From NCBI RefSeq assembly GCF_009914755.1, contig NC_060940.1: 64,000 bases of DNA; one strand, given 5' to 3'. Below the pieces are notes generated by a model that saw only the letters and a list, made by a program, of their open reading frames with translations, searched no databases and was not told the DNA's origin. Position numbers and translations under genes: made by a program. This document shows, in pieces, positions 43,798 through 59,369 of the stretch. This DNA comes from the human T2T-CHM13v2.0 reference genome, Homo sapiens. Numbering within the stretch: position 1 is the stretch's first letter; each line of letters starts with the position of its first letter.

Positions 43798-44455
43798 TGT
43801 ATCAGAGGGTACCAGCCAGCTAATTGAGGAAGGTTTGGTTTCCTTTCAAAGATAATATTTTAAAAGGTCTTCATATGGTATAAGAGACCACAAGGGATAG
43901 TGCAGAATGCACAAGCTCATTGCAACTGTAATGCTGCAACTGGGCCAAAAAGGATATGACAAAGGAGGAAATCAGAAATCAGAAGGACCCAGTCACATAA
44001 AGTCTTACTAGTCAAAATGTGGTTCACAGACTAGCAGTATTGACTTCACCTGGAAGCTACATGGAAAAGAAACAATCTCAGGCCCAACCCTAGACTGGCA
44101 GAATAAAACCTATATTTTCATAAATTCCCAAGTTGATTTGAATGCATGTTAATGTTTGACAAATACTAGGGTACAGGATGCCTCTTTGAAATCAGTAACT
44201 CTGGGTCAAGAACACAGCCAGCTGAAGGTGATCTCATAGGGAGAAAAACTGGGGAATAAGTATCCTGCCATTACTGTCCTCCATAACTTCCTTGGGTCTC
44301 TGTAGGGGTCCTCATTAGCCAAATATAACAGGAAGCAGGGAGTAAAGTGAACTGTTAGTGTGGTTTATGAAGATCCACTGCCCAAGGCAGAGAATTCAAG
44401 GGGGCAAAGTAGAAAAGGAATCTGGAATGACAGGTGGAAAAGATCTAGAACAACT
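43798..44455 (-). mobile_element. Old MLT1-type MaLR LTR, interrupted by MER5
   Basis: tgtatcagagggtaccagcc...cctcattagccaaatataacaggaagcaggg...ggaatctggaatgacagg; heavily diverged. Confidence 0.5.
44005..44170. mobile_element. MER5 (hAT-Charlie) MITE
   Basis: caaaatgtggttcacagactagcag...cacctggaagct...atctcaggcccaaccctagact...gtttgacaaatactag. Confidence 0.75.
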
Positions 44456-45045
44456 AGGCTAGGCATTAAAAATGTAAAGATGAAATACAGTGTCCTCTGA
44501 CTTCAAATATTCCAAAACATATTTTGCAATTTTTTTTTCTCATAGGCACTCTTAATATTGGAATTGTGACCAAAGGTAATACTATTTTAATACAATGTCC
44601 AATAGCCTTTTCATCCTGAAGATACTTAGCACATCCTTTGGTTTTAAATAAAAATATTTTTAAAAATTGTCAGAACTAGGTAACCTAGTTAAGATTATTA
44701 CATATATTCTCCTGTTCGGCTTCACTTTTAGAATCAGTTTTAATTTTTTCTCTTACCTTTTGGGAGTGAGTCCCTCATTACTGTGTGATTTCTTTTGTCT
44801 GGGATCTCCTACTAGATCTGGAGCCTACTAACTTAGATTAAAATCCTATGTATTTTTATCAAGCTAAATAGAAATTTGATAATGTGGTGGCATTTCCCAC
44901 TGTTTGAACTCAAGGCTATAATCAGTCAGTCTTTCAAAGACTGAATTTACCAGATAACAGCTTTTTAAAAGAACAAAGCATGTTGCACAATTAATCTACT
45001 GGTAAACCAAATGTGGTAGAGGTCTTACTAAGAAACTGTGTCCCA

Positions 45046-45380
<335 letters not shown>

Positions 45381-46865
45381 TCACATAGTAAAACTTGGCT
45401 TTTATACAAACCATCATGGTTGAGGCCAGAGACCGAGGCTCAGTGGGATTTAGGCCTTGAACCCTTCCAAAAATCAGAGATGGTATCTGCACACTCCATA
45501 CTGCAGAGATTCTACTGTATAGTAGAATATAAACATTAACTTCTGTGTCAATTACTGAGCATAAGACGTATGTCAAAAATTGTAAAAAATGTTTTATCTA
45601 TATTGCCTTAAAACAATCCTATATGATAGGTACACTTGAGCGTAAGTGATCCTAGAGGGACACCAACAGCATCTATGAGAAACCATCATTGCACAGTTAT
45701 ATCCACTTGCTTAGACTATATACATGTGCTTCTCCCACTAGGCTTATTTCCCTTAGGTCCTACAGCTCCTTGCACATGCATTAGAAGGTATCTGTAGATC
45801 TTCTAATGTATATATGTGTATATATAGATACAGATATATGCTTATATCTATATATACATAAATGATTATGGATGTTTGTAACAAAAATGTATTTTTCTCC
45901 TTCAAGATGTAATTAGTTTGAATTTTTAATATGTTTTTAGCTCCTTGGGAGTGTTCTTTATATAAGATCTTGCTTGAATTACAGTTCTCTAAAGAATATA
46001 GCTATGAATAGAGAGTAGAGAAACTAGGATCCTTATCTTGCATGGCCCTTCAGAGTTATGAAAACTCTCCATTTCTCAGCAACTTTTCCAATAAAATATA
46101 AAGTATGAATTATTTTTTCTCCCTTACATCACTTTTGTTCAAAACATGGTTAACAAAAAGGAATACGATATGTGAATCACATTCATGTGGTCAAGGGGGA
46201 ACTCCACACTTCTCTCTCAGGGATATGTCCAGGTAGGAAAGGCTACCTTACCATTGATTAAGCTCCTTCATGGAGTTAGTATATAAAGAAATAGCTGACT
46301 GATTATAAATACTGTTCTAATTTATAGATAAGACACAGATTAATTAAAATGAGTTAAGTTTCCACATTTGCTAAATGAAAAATTTCATTTCTACTTGTGC
46401 ATTAGAATATTTTGAAATAATATGTACCTCAAACGTTGATTTAAGAGTGTATTTTCTAGAATTAAGATTATGGATTTATACTAATTCTTTCCTCCTTTTT
46501 TTCTCATTCCCATTCTGATGAGCTTTCAGCAGCCAGGTGGGGGGTGATACAGCATGCAAGAGTACAGTTATCAGATTAGACAGTGTAAATCATTATGATT
46601 GGATTTTAGAGAGTTATCAGTGTTACCCTAAACACAATATCCATCATCACTACTTCCTTGTTTTCTGATCAATTTAAATTATCAGAAAATTGAGGACTAT
46701 AAAGTAAATAGCATCATATACAAGTGGTAAGGACAAAAATTCAGTTTATGAGTTTTTTTATCTACCCAGAGAAATACTGTTTTATCACGAATAATGGTTA
46801 AAAAACAAATTCTAGACAGAAAAGTGAAAAGTTTCTATTTCCCACTTAAAACACATAACAAAGGA

Positions 46866-47201
<336 letters not shown>

Positions 47202-47314
47202 CTAGATCTAATAGCTTCTGATCATAGCACTCCCTTTTCTTAGTGATGCAACCTTGAACAATGCACTGAAAGTTTTAATACTTCCATTGTTTTTACTTGA
47301 GTCTCTTGAAAGGC

Positions 47315-48000
47315 TTTTGTTCATTAAAGACTTTTTAGGCACTTACTTTGTAGCAAGCAACATTCTAGGTATTAGTGACAAGGCAGTAGAAAATCACATT
47401 CTCTGCTCTGTGAAGCTACACATTTTAGTGGAGGGAGACATGCCAATAGTTTGTATTATTATCTGTCAGGTGGTAATAAGTGCTATGTTAAGTGTTAGGA
47501 AAGGCTTCTCTGATGAGACGATATTTGAGCACGTCTCTCAGCCCAAACCTGTTCACCTGACAGCCTCCTCCATTGCAGGAAATGGAAACTCATTGAGTCA
47601 TGCAAATGTAAAGGAACAGAGAAGCTTTACTAAAGTTCAGTACAAGTGTTCTGTGTTTTTCACTAGGCATCCTGTATTTTTATTTGCTAGACCTGGCGAT
47701 CTTCCTTGGAGGCCTACCATGCATTAAGGCCTTGACCGCCACTCTGAGAGATAGAGAGCTATGAAAGCGTTTTGAACGTCCTATTTGAAAAGGATCACCC
47801 GGCATGTCTTGTTGCATCTAGTCTATAGGAGACTAAGAACAGAAGAAGGGAAGCAAATTAGAAAACATGGAAGGATGAAAACTTCAACCAAGGTCTTAGT
47901 GTACATTTTACAAGTTTAAATGACACAATTTGATAATGGTTTGACTATGAAATTGTGGGACAATAGAGTGGTCAAGGACAGGGTCAGCTATTTCATTGTG
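47315..48000 (-). mobile_element. L2 relic
   Basis: ttcattaaagactttttaggcacttactttgtagc...gctacacattttagtggagggagac...ggaaaggcttctctgatgagacgatatttgagc. Confidence 0.65.
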
Positions 48001-48250
48001 AACAATTTGGCCACCAAATTGCCCTCATCTACCTCCTGAATATGCTGCAGTTTTTTATATTAAATGCTGGGTCTTTTGTACCCTATACTCTAAGGCTTTG
48101 GCCTTCTTTCTCTTAATTTCCTCCTCAGGATTTTATTATTTGTGTCTAGGTATCTTCCTCTATAGGATGCGAAAGGAGGGAGAAATTGGATTGACAATTA
48201 CAGAATGCTTTGTGGGCTGTTAATGGTTCATTCTTTGGATACTCCCTTAT

Positions 48251-48252
<2 letters not shown>

Positions 48253-48296
<44 letters not shown>
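48253..48296. repeat. (AC)n microsatellite, about 22 units
   Basis: Direct observation; pure tract, probably polymorphic. Confidence 0.97.
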
Positions 48297-48298
<2 letters not shown>

Positions 48299-49386
48299 AT
48301 ATATCATAGTACACATAATTTTGTTAAAATTTTTTCCAAAGATGATTTTTATATCTTTAATATAATTGTAGATTTTGTCTAAAAAATAATACAAGAATTT
48401 TTATCTAAACATTTTTTACTCCAAATACATTAACCAAGAAAATTACAGTAGCTAATATGAGTTTACTTAAAGTAAGATTTTGTATAAGTAGTAGCTGGAG
48501 TTATTTTGAAGACTCTTACATACAATAAAAATTGCAATAGTCTTACCCTCCAGATGCACATTTTACCTAGATAAAGTATTTATGAAAGATTATAAAATCT
48601 GTATTATTGAAGTATCATTCAAGTGGTGCTTTCTGTTGAAAATGAAAGTAAAAGCAGCATGGGTATTTGCAATTTATCTATATCAGTGGATCTTTAGATT
48701 GGAAATAAACTTGAACACAATTATTATTATTATTATTGTGGATAGTAACTGAAAGATTGAATGCAGATGGAAAACAATAATGAGCTATTGACTTCACAGA
48801 AGAAAATGAGAAAGGAGTTGCTGAGGAGGATGGAACATCAAAGGGCTAATGGATTTGGCTGTGAAGCCCAACAAATCTCTGCAAGCCTCTCTTCGATGAG
48901 GCCGAGTTTTGTTTATCATTAAAGGAGAAAATCAAAGGCATGAGAGTTCACATCCTGCTATCTGGGGGACTAGCTGAAGATGCCATAGAAAGCTGGGAAT
49001 ACTTCTAATTGCAGCATCTCATGGATCCACCAATGTCTGACATAGGGATGTGGAGAAGCAGTCATGCTTTGCCTCCTTCAAGGATCACAGAAAGAGAGAG
49101 GAGAAAGAGAGAGGAAAAAGGAAATGAATAGCAAAGCTGGGATTGTGAGGGGATAGAGTTAGCAGAAAAAGCTTTCAAGGAAACCAATCCCTTAGCATTG
49201 CTTAGCTAAAACTTCCCTGACCATTATCCATTATTTCACTTGATACATGTATCTTTTTCTACTTATAAAACTAGCTATTTTTTACCTTACAAATTTCATG
49301 GTGTTTTTCTGGGGGAGGGTGTAGGCAGGATTCAGTCTGCATTTATTTTGAAGTGTAAGTTTAAATTCTTTTAAATGACAAATCCT

Positions 49387-49690
49387 AGCCGGGTGTGGTG
49401 GCTCACTCCTGTAATCCTAGCACTTTGGGAGACCAAGGCTGGTGGATCACCTGAGGTCAGGAGTTCGAGACCAGCCTGGCCAACATGACCAAACCCCGTC
49501 TCTACTAAAAATACAAAAATTAGCCGGGTGTGGTGGCGGGAGTCTGTAATCCCAGCTACCAGGGAGGCTGAGGCAGGAGAATCACTTGAACTCCTCCAGG
49601 AGGCGGAGGTTGCAGTGAGCCAAGATCACGCCATTGTACTCCAGCCTGAGCCGCAGAGTGAAACTCCATCTAAAAATAAATAAATAAATA
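49387..49690 (+). mobile_element. AluSx element with (TAAA)n tail
   Basis: Full Alu; tail abuts an L1 3' fragment. Confidence 0.96.
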
Positions 49691-49691
49691 T

Positions 49692-50025
49692 AGGATGAGT
49701 TCATGTCCTTCGTAGGGAGATGGATGAAGCTGGAAACCATCATTCTCAGCAAACTATCGCAAGGACAGAAAACCAAACACCGAATGTTCTCACTCTTAGG
49801 TGGGAATTGAACAATGAGAACACTTGGACACAGGAAGGGGAACATCACACACCGGGGCCTGTCATGGGGTGGGGGGAGGGGGGAGGGATAGCATTAGGAG
49901 ATATACCTAATGTAAATGACCAGTTAATGGGTGCAGCACGCCAACGAGGCACATGCATACGTATGTAACAAACAAACCTGCACGTTGTGCTCATGTACCC
50001 TAGAACTTAAAGTATAAAAAAAAAA
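49692..50025 (+). mobile_element. Young L1PA (about PA4-5) 3' end fragment
   Basis: ggatgagttcatgtcc...G-rich tract 49866-49887...ccctagaacttaaagtataaaaaaaaaa. Confidence 0.95.
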
Positions 50026-50124
50026 GAATTGTGCTGCTATAATAAAAAAAAATAAAAATAAAATTTCACTCTTATAATGTTTCTGATGAGAAATGCATCT
50101 GTCAATAAAATAAAATATAATACC

Positions 50125-50350
50125 AGATTATACTTCAGGCATTGTGTGCATGCAGGATTTAATTAATCTTCACAATGATCTTAATATGGAAATCCGAGCT
50201 AGATTTTTACATTTCACTTTGAGGAAGCAGAATCCCAGAGAGTTTAGAAATTTTCTTAAGATTACTTAACTAATGGATGGCAGAGCTGAGATTTATGCTC
50301 AGGACCACCTGACTCTAAAACCTATGCAGTTTCTAAAGGGCTGCATTGCC
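50125..50350 (-). mobile_element. MIR relic
   Basis: atttaattaatcttcacaatgatc...tgaggaagcagaatcccagagagttt...ggcagagctgagattt...tgactctaaaacc. Confidence 0.75.
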
Positions 50351-50384
50351 TATTGAGAGGCACATAAATTATATTTATGTTGTA

Positions 50385-50503
50385 CAGGATGACCATATAA
50401 TTTACCTTCTCAAGTGAGTTACTTTTGCCTAAGACAAATAGTAAATAGGACAAGAGGTAAAAACCAAGACTGTCCCAGACAATGGGGGCGTGCAGTCAAC
50501 CTA
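50385..50503. mobile_element. MER94/MER81-like hAT-Blackjack MITE
   Basis: caggatgaccatataattt...gactgtcccagacaa...gtcaaccta, with degenerate tagggtgacc-type terminal inverted repeats. Confidence 0.65.
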
Positions 50504-50968
50504 ATTGTGCGTAATGAATGTGTTATTGAGTGAGATCATATAATATACCTACCTGTAGGGTTCTTCTTGAGAATCTGAAATATTACCTAATCTGAATTTA
50601 TAAAATGTAGACTTGCATCCAATTTGCAGGAATTATTCATCACAAATGGCTGATTTCCTGCCTTTACTCAGATTTGTGTAAGTGACTCAATTATAATCAA
50701 GAAACAGCAGAGCAGAGCACGCAAAGTAACTATGCAATCACCAATATGGATCTCAAGCTCTGATGGGATGCTTCTCTGATATTAAATGCAAGCTGAAAAG
50801 AGGACAGAGAGTAAATGAAGGATTTGCACTTCACCATTTCTGACAAACTAATAGTACATTTTCTTTATTTCACAGGATCAGTTCCCCAAATTACTACCTT
50901 GGCATATGTAGGTATTCTGGAAATATATCAGTGTGAGAATAATAAATAAGCACTGATAGGGAACAATG

Positions 50969-51531
50969 TGTATTGGTCAGAGTTCTCCATAGAGACAGAA
51001 TCAATTGGATGTGTACATTTAGACATAGATGATACGGATAGTGATGATACAGATAGAGATAGAGATATGAGAAGGAATTTATTAGGAGAATTGGCTGACA
51101 TGATTATGGAGGCTGACAAATCTCACAATGGGCCATCTGCAAACTAGAGACCCAGGGATGCTTGTATCATGGCTCAGTCCGAGTCTAAAAGCCTCAGAAC
51201 TAGGGAAGGCGATAGTGTAATGCTCAGTTTGAGACTGAAGGCCTGAGAGCCTGGGGATGGGGGAAACTGGTATAAAAGTCTGTAATTCTTATGTCAAAGA
51301 GCAGGAGAGAGACAAGAAATTACCTTTTCTCTCTCTTTTTTGTTACATTAGGCCCTAGCTGATTGGATGGTGCCTGCCCATATTCATGGTTGGTCTTCCC
51401 CACTCAGTCCACTGACTCTAACGCCAATCTCCTCTGGAAACACCCTCACAGACACACCAGGAGAGAATGCTTTGCCAGTTCTCTAAGCAACCCTTAATCC
51501 ATTTACGTTGACTCCTAAAATTATCCTCACA
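50969..51531 (-). mobile_element. MLT2B (HERV-L) solo LTR
   Basis: TG...CA termini; internal (GATA)-like tract; ctggaaacaccctcacagacacacc motif; perfect 5-bp TSD caatg at 50964-50968 and 51532-51536. Confidence 0.92.
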
Positions 51532-52110
51532 CAATGCAACTACAAAGGCTTTAATGTGTAGGAGAAACAAGGCTCATCAATAGTAAAAGTGATCATTAGC
51601 GAATGGATATTTCGCTGTTCTTCTTTTGGTGGCATCATATAGGAGAGCTTGGAAAGCTATGGCTGTCTAGCATCAAGTCTCAGATTTCCATCTTTTTCAT
51701 GTGCTTGGAGAATGTCACCTTCCTTCTCTGGATCTCTATAAAATGAGGCATTCATTCAGTAAGGTAAGAGAGAACAATCTAGAAAACAGATTGGCTAGAC
51801 TACCCTGATCCCTACTCACCTATCCAAGGCCCCAAGAAAGGAAGACTTTTTCACTCCATGGTTTCTTCTGTATCAGATACCCACTAAAAGGCACAGCAAT
51901 GTGAGTAAGATATGATTCACTAACTATAATGATTGGCAAAGATCCAGCAATAGTACCCAAGGCAAATTATACTGGCTTGGATTTATAAATTATACAACAT
52001 CCTCAAAACATCCTTTCTTTGAATAGAGTAGAAAGAAGAAAGTCCTTCTTGCCAAAGGCAATCTGCCTTGAGACATTCCATAGTACTGCCAATATCCAAA
52101 CCAAAACTAG

Positions 52111-52504
<394 letters not shown>

Positions 52505-52601
52505 AGTGGCAACTTTTAGTGTCTTTAAAGTGAATTGGTGTTAGACTATGAAAAATCAATCTGCCCTTCTGATACCTTTGGGGGTGTTCTTTTAGGACCT
52601 A

Positions 52602-53509
<908 letters not shown>

Positions 53510-53654
53510 GGTTTTTGCCATTGCCATTTAACCTACAGAAAATTGAGGCTCAGGGAAGTTAAATATATTACAAATGTAGCTTGCAATGTCCGCCTAGTAT
53601 CATGGATCATATCCAGATCTGCTGACACCCACATTTGAATTCTTGTGATCATAG

Positions 53655-53844
53655 CAGTAGTTCTCAAACTTTAGCATGGATCAGAACCCCGTGGATGGCT
53701 TTTGAATGTGCAGATAGATTTCTGGCTGTCATCTCCAGAGTTTCTGATTCAGTAAGTCTTGAGTATGGCTAAATACTTTGCATTTCTATGTTCCCAGATG
53801 ATGCTGCTACTGCATCTCTGAAAATCTCACTTTGAGAACCACTA
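53655..53844. mobile_element. MER5A (hAT-Charlie) MITE
   Basis: Terminal inverted repeats cagtagttctcaaa / tttgagaaccact; ccagagtttctgattcagta core. Confidence 0.88.
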
Positions 53845-54451
53845 GTTTACAGGATGTGACTGTTCTTAATTGCACTGTTATTCTTTGGAAAGGGCTTATT
53901 GTCTGTAGTGTAGAGGACATGAGAGTTATATTATGATTCCTTGAGCCCACTTGCTCATTCTTGCTTGAGAAATGGAAGCAAAACCCTTGCAGCATCTGCC
54001 TAAACTGCTTTTGAGAGAAAGTTCGATGAAAATCATTTGTCCTATCTTGTGGCAAAAATGTTAGCCACACACCCACCTGTATTCGATTTCACTCAAATTT
54101 AGCAAACAAAGATTTTCTGTTCATCTCATCTGGTATTTTTAAACCTTTAGCACATATTGAGTCCCCATTGTCAAGAACTTAGGAATTAAAAAGTCAACAG
54201 ACAAACAACAGAAAATCTGTGCCTCGGAAATTGCCCAAGAAAAGCAGTTTCAACAAGGCAGCCATGTCCTATAGGATATGGGAATAAACAAATTGTTTTA
54301 CAGAAAAGGAAAACTGGAGTTGGATATATCTTAAGGCAAGCAGAAAAAATATTTTCATTTTTTAGGTAAGGAAAGTAAAACAAATGATGCTTTATATTTC
54401 ATCGAAAGCATACCCCCTTGACTAAATTCTTTTTAATAACATGAATTTTCA

Positions 54452-54845
54452 TTTTTTAACCAATTTATTGAGGTGTAGTTTACTTACCATAAAGTACACT
54501 AATTTCAAGTGTATAATTTGAGGATTTGGGAGCATATTTACTGAGTTGTAGCCATCAGCATAACCCAGTTTTAGATTTGTATCATCTCAACAAACTCCCT
54601 CATGCTGGTTTATTGATAATCTTCATTCTCATCTGTAGTCCCTAAAAAAACAATAATTTACTTTCTGTCTCTATAGATTTGCCTTTTGTGGATATTTCAT
54701 ATCAATGGAATTATATTGTATGTGTTCTTTTGTGTCTGGATTCTTTCCCAGAGCACAATGTTTTCACGGTTCATCCATGTTGCAGCATCTATCAGCATTT
54801 TATTCTTTTTTTTTCTTTTATCATTTCTGATGAGTATTCCCAATT
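54452..54845 (-). mobile_element. L1MB/ME 3' end fragment
   Basis: tttattgaggtgtagtttac...ctttctgtctctatagatttgcctttt...ggttcatccatgttgcagc. Confidence 0.8.
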
Positions 54846-54868
54846 AATTTTTAAAAATATAATACTGG

Positions 54869-55274
<406 letters not shown>

Positions 55275-55361
55275 CTAACACTCCAGACTCAGGAATTTGT
55301 CTCTGCACTTTAGTCTCTCTGCTTTTGCTGTTCTGGAATTCTATTTCTGAACTTCCCCTAA

Positions 55362-55577
55362 TTTTTATTTTTTTGGGGGGAACAGAGTCTTGCTCTGTCA
55401 CCCAGGCTGGAGTGCAGTAGCAACCTCTGCCTTCCAGGCTCAAGCTGTTCTCCCACCTAAGCCTCCCAAGTAGCTAGGGCTACAAGCACATGCCACCATG
55501 CCTAGCTAATTTTTGGTATTTTAGTAGACACAGGGTTTTGCCATGTTGCCCAGGCTGGTCTTGAACTCCTGAGCTCG
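55362..55577 (-). mobile_element. Partial old Alu (AluJ-like)
   Basis: Antisense Alu with an internal deletion and missing 5' part; gccatgttgcccaggctgg...cctgagctc. Confidence 0.88.
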
Positions 55578-55624
55578 CCTCAAACTCCCTCTCTTTTTTT
55601 TAATGCTCACTGCACTTGCAATTA

Positions 55625-55805
55625 TTAGTTTAAAATCTGTACCTCTGTATTAGTGTCAGTTTTCTGGTTATGATATTCTACCATAGTTTGGTAAAATGTT
55701 ACTATTGGAGTAAACTGGGAAAAGTGTACACAGAATCCTTTGTATTATTTTTTACAACTGCATGTATATGCAAAGATTTCTCATTAAAAATTTCAATTGA
55801 AAACA
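55625..55805 (+). mobile_element. L1MC 3' terminal fragment
   Basis: aaatgttactattggagtaaactggg...tgtattatttttacaactgcatgt. Confidence 0.7.
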
Positions 55806-56301
55806 AAGAAACAAAACCTGTAATCCCTACTATTTAGACATGGTGAGTCAGGGACTGCATGGGTCTTGCTCATTGCTATATCTTTTCTGTTTGGCCTGGC
55901 ACTTTGGAAAAGTTGTAGCTGAATTAAAGTTCGTAGAACAAAATAAATCCATAAATACTGGTATCCAAGAGCACATAGCTAGTTAGTGCCAGAGATGATT
56001 CAACTGTCATCTGGTTCCAATGATCTTGGTCTTTTGCTATAATTCCCTTTCTAGGCATAGATTTTTATTTAAAAAAAATCATTTGTTCATTTATTTTTCA
56101 CAAATATGTACCAGATTCTCTAACTGACCTGCGATGTATTGGCAAACAGGATAGAGATTGGATTTATAGGGATTTATAATCCGATTGGAGAACCACAGCA
56201 AACTTATTATATGCTGCTAAGACACTGATAAAAACTTAAATTAGTGCAGTGAGGAAAAGAAGATAGAGTAAACGAAAGTGAATATCAAAGGAACTGACCT
56301 A

Positions 56302-56709
<408 letters not shown>

Positions 56710-56914
56710 AAGACAGAGGAATAGCATGTGCAAGGACTTTCTGACAGGGGGAAACAAAGTGCATCCAAGAAACAGAAAGCCACTGGGGCTGCTACACAAA
56801 TGGAAAGGGGAGATGACTGCTAGATTATAGCAGGACCTCAGGAGCTCTGCTAATTAAGAAGCTGGTCTTTAGACTGAGAGCTATGAAGCAATGACTGTTT
56901 AAAAACCATGATGA

Positions 56915-57573
<659 letters not shown>

Positions 57574-57581
57574 ATGATGAC

Positions 57582-58000
57582 GGCTTCATACTGTGTTATT
57601 CCAATGATATGTTATTCTGGAAAAGGCAAAATTAAATTATGACGACAGTAACACATCAGTGGTTGTCAAGGGTTAGAGGAGACTGAGGGATGAATAGGTG
57701 GAGCACAGAGGATTTTTAGAGCCAAGAAACTACTTGGTATGATGCTATAATCGTGGACTCAAAACACATAGAAGGTGCAACAGCAAGAGTGAATCCTTAT
57801 ATGAACTATGGACTTTGGGTGGTAATGATGTGTCAATGTGAGTTAATCAGTTGTAACAGATGAACCACTCTGGTTTGGGATGTTGATAGTGGAGGAGGCT
57901 GTACAAGTGTCAGAGAGGGGATATATGGGAATTGCCTGAACTTCCCACTCAATTTTGCTATGAACCTAAAACTGCCCTAAAAAAATTAAGTCTATTAAAA
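57582..58000 (+). mobile_element. L1MC-type 3' UTR fragment
   Basis: Same family as 41640-42060 (catcagtggttg...ctcaattttgctatgaacctaaaactgc). Confidence 0.85.
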
Positions 58001-59369
58001 GGACAATATAATATGATGAAGAATGTTTTACGTAATTAGTTTTATATTTATAGAGGGCCACTGTGGTTTCTGTAGATAATGTAATGGGATGGAAGAGTAA
58101 GGGTGAATGCACGAATGTATTTACATGCAATTGCAGTGGTCTAGGTGAAAGATAATGATGGCTTTGATGGACCAGTGGTTCTCAACCATAGAATCTGGTT
58201 TATATTCAGATTTTTATGCTAACTGAAGGTTATCTCAAAGTCACTTTGTTGGATGATGTGTTGTTGGCTCAGTTCTTCTCAGAATGGGGCTCCCAAGTCT
58301 CATCTTGTCCCAATTGTTCCAATTTTGCCTTCTGGATCTGCCACAGTGACATATAATGCTATATATCTGGAAAGCATAGCTTTTCAAACCAGGCAGACCT
58401 AAATTCAAATTACATTTCCACCTCTAACTAGCTTTGTAGCATGAGCTAGTTACTTAATTTCTCTGGACCTCAGAATTCTCAGGGATACTACGATCTAAGT
58501 CATGACTTTACTGTAAATCAAGATTGAATAAAAATGTATACAGCACAGTGTCTGTTATCTCAAAGTTTGTTACCAAATATTGGTTGAATTTTAAAATAAT
58601 AACAATAGCTGGTAAAACAGGTATACTATATATGACTCTAATTTTGCCTGTACTCTTTCTAAGATCTTTTGGTATCAGAGTACTGCCTAGAAAAAAACTT
58701 GAAGGTAAATAAATATGTATTGGAGCTAAAGAACAGAATTTTAAAATTAAGTATGCATTTTCAAGCAGAGAAACAATAAATTTCAAAATGCCCATTTTAA
58801 TCCTCATTAATAGGCTCATAATAGACGTTTTAGGAGGAGGTAATGTGGAAGAAAATCTCACCATAGGTATATTCATCATAACAATTAGATCTGAAGATTC
58901 AGTTCACGTCTCTAATTATAAATGAATGCCACACATTAAACAAAGACACTGTGGAGTTCACACTTCCTTAATTATAGGTTCATGGGGATGCTAGGTTTGA
59001 CCACGCGAATTTCATTTTCATCGCTATGTGCTGACATTCTCCTGTAACCTCACGGTAGGTAAGTTTTCTTCCTAGTCATGTACTTTGTGACAGGTTAGCA
59101 ACAATTCCAACTTCATGCTCCATTTTCTCTGCCTACTGAGGCAATTTGCTATCCATGCACTTTGTTATTTCCTCCACTTTGTGACTCCGACCTGTAAGGT
59201 GTTTCATGATGGGAACTGCACTTTGAATACCAACACTTCAATTGCTCTCCCAGCTGAATACTATCTATGCCACTTTAAAAGGAGGATTTTAATATATAGG
59301 TCACCCTCTTACATTAAATAGCTGGTCAAGACTATAGCCTGAGTTGTTTAAAAAAATGTATCTCATTGT

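Noticed and set aside
45805-45860. Short palindrome gtatatatagata...tatctatatatac
   Set aside because: Largely explained by (TA)n self-complementarity.
47254-47727. 157-aa ORF
   Set aside because: TTG start; lies over an L2 relic; no domain similarity evident.
49866-49887. G-quadruplex-forming tract
   Set aside because: Standard L1 3' UTR G-rich tract, not locus-specific.
57582-58000. Similarity to 41640-42060 suggesting a local duplication
   Set aside because: Both are independent copies of the same L1MC 3' UTR family with family-level divergence.
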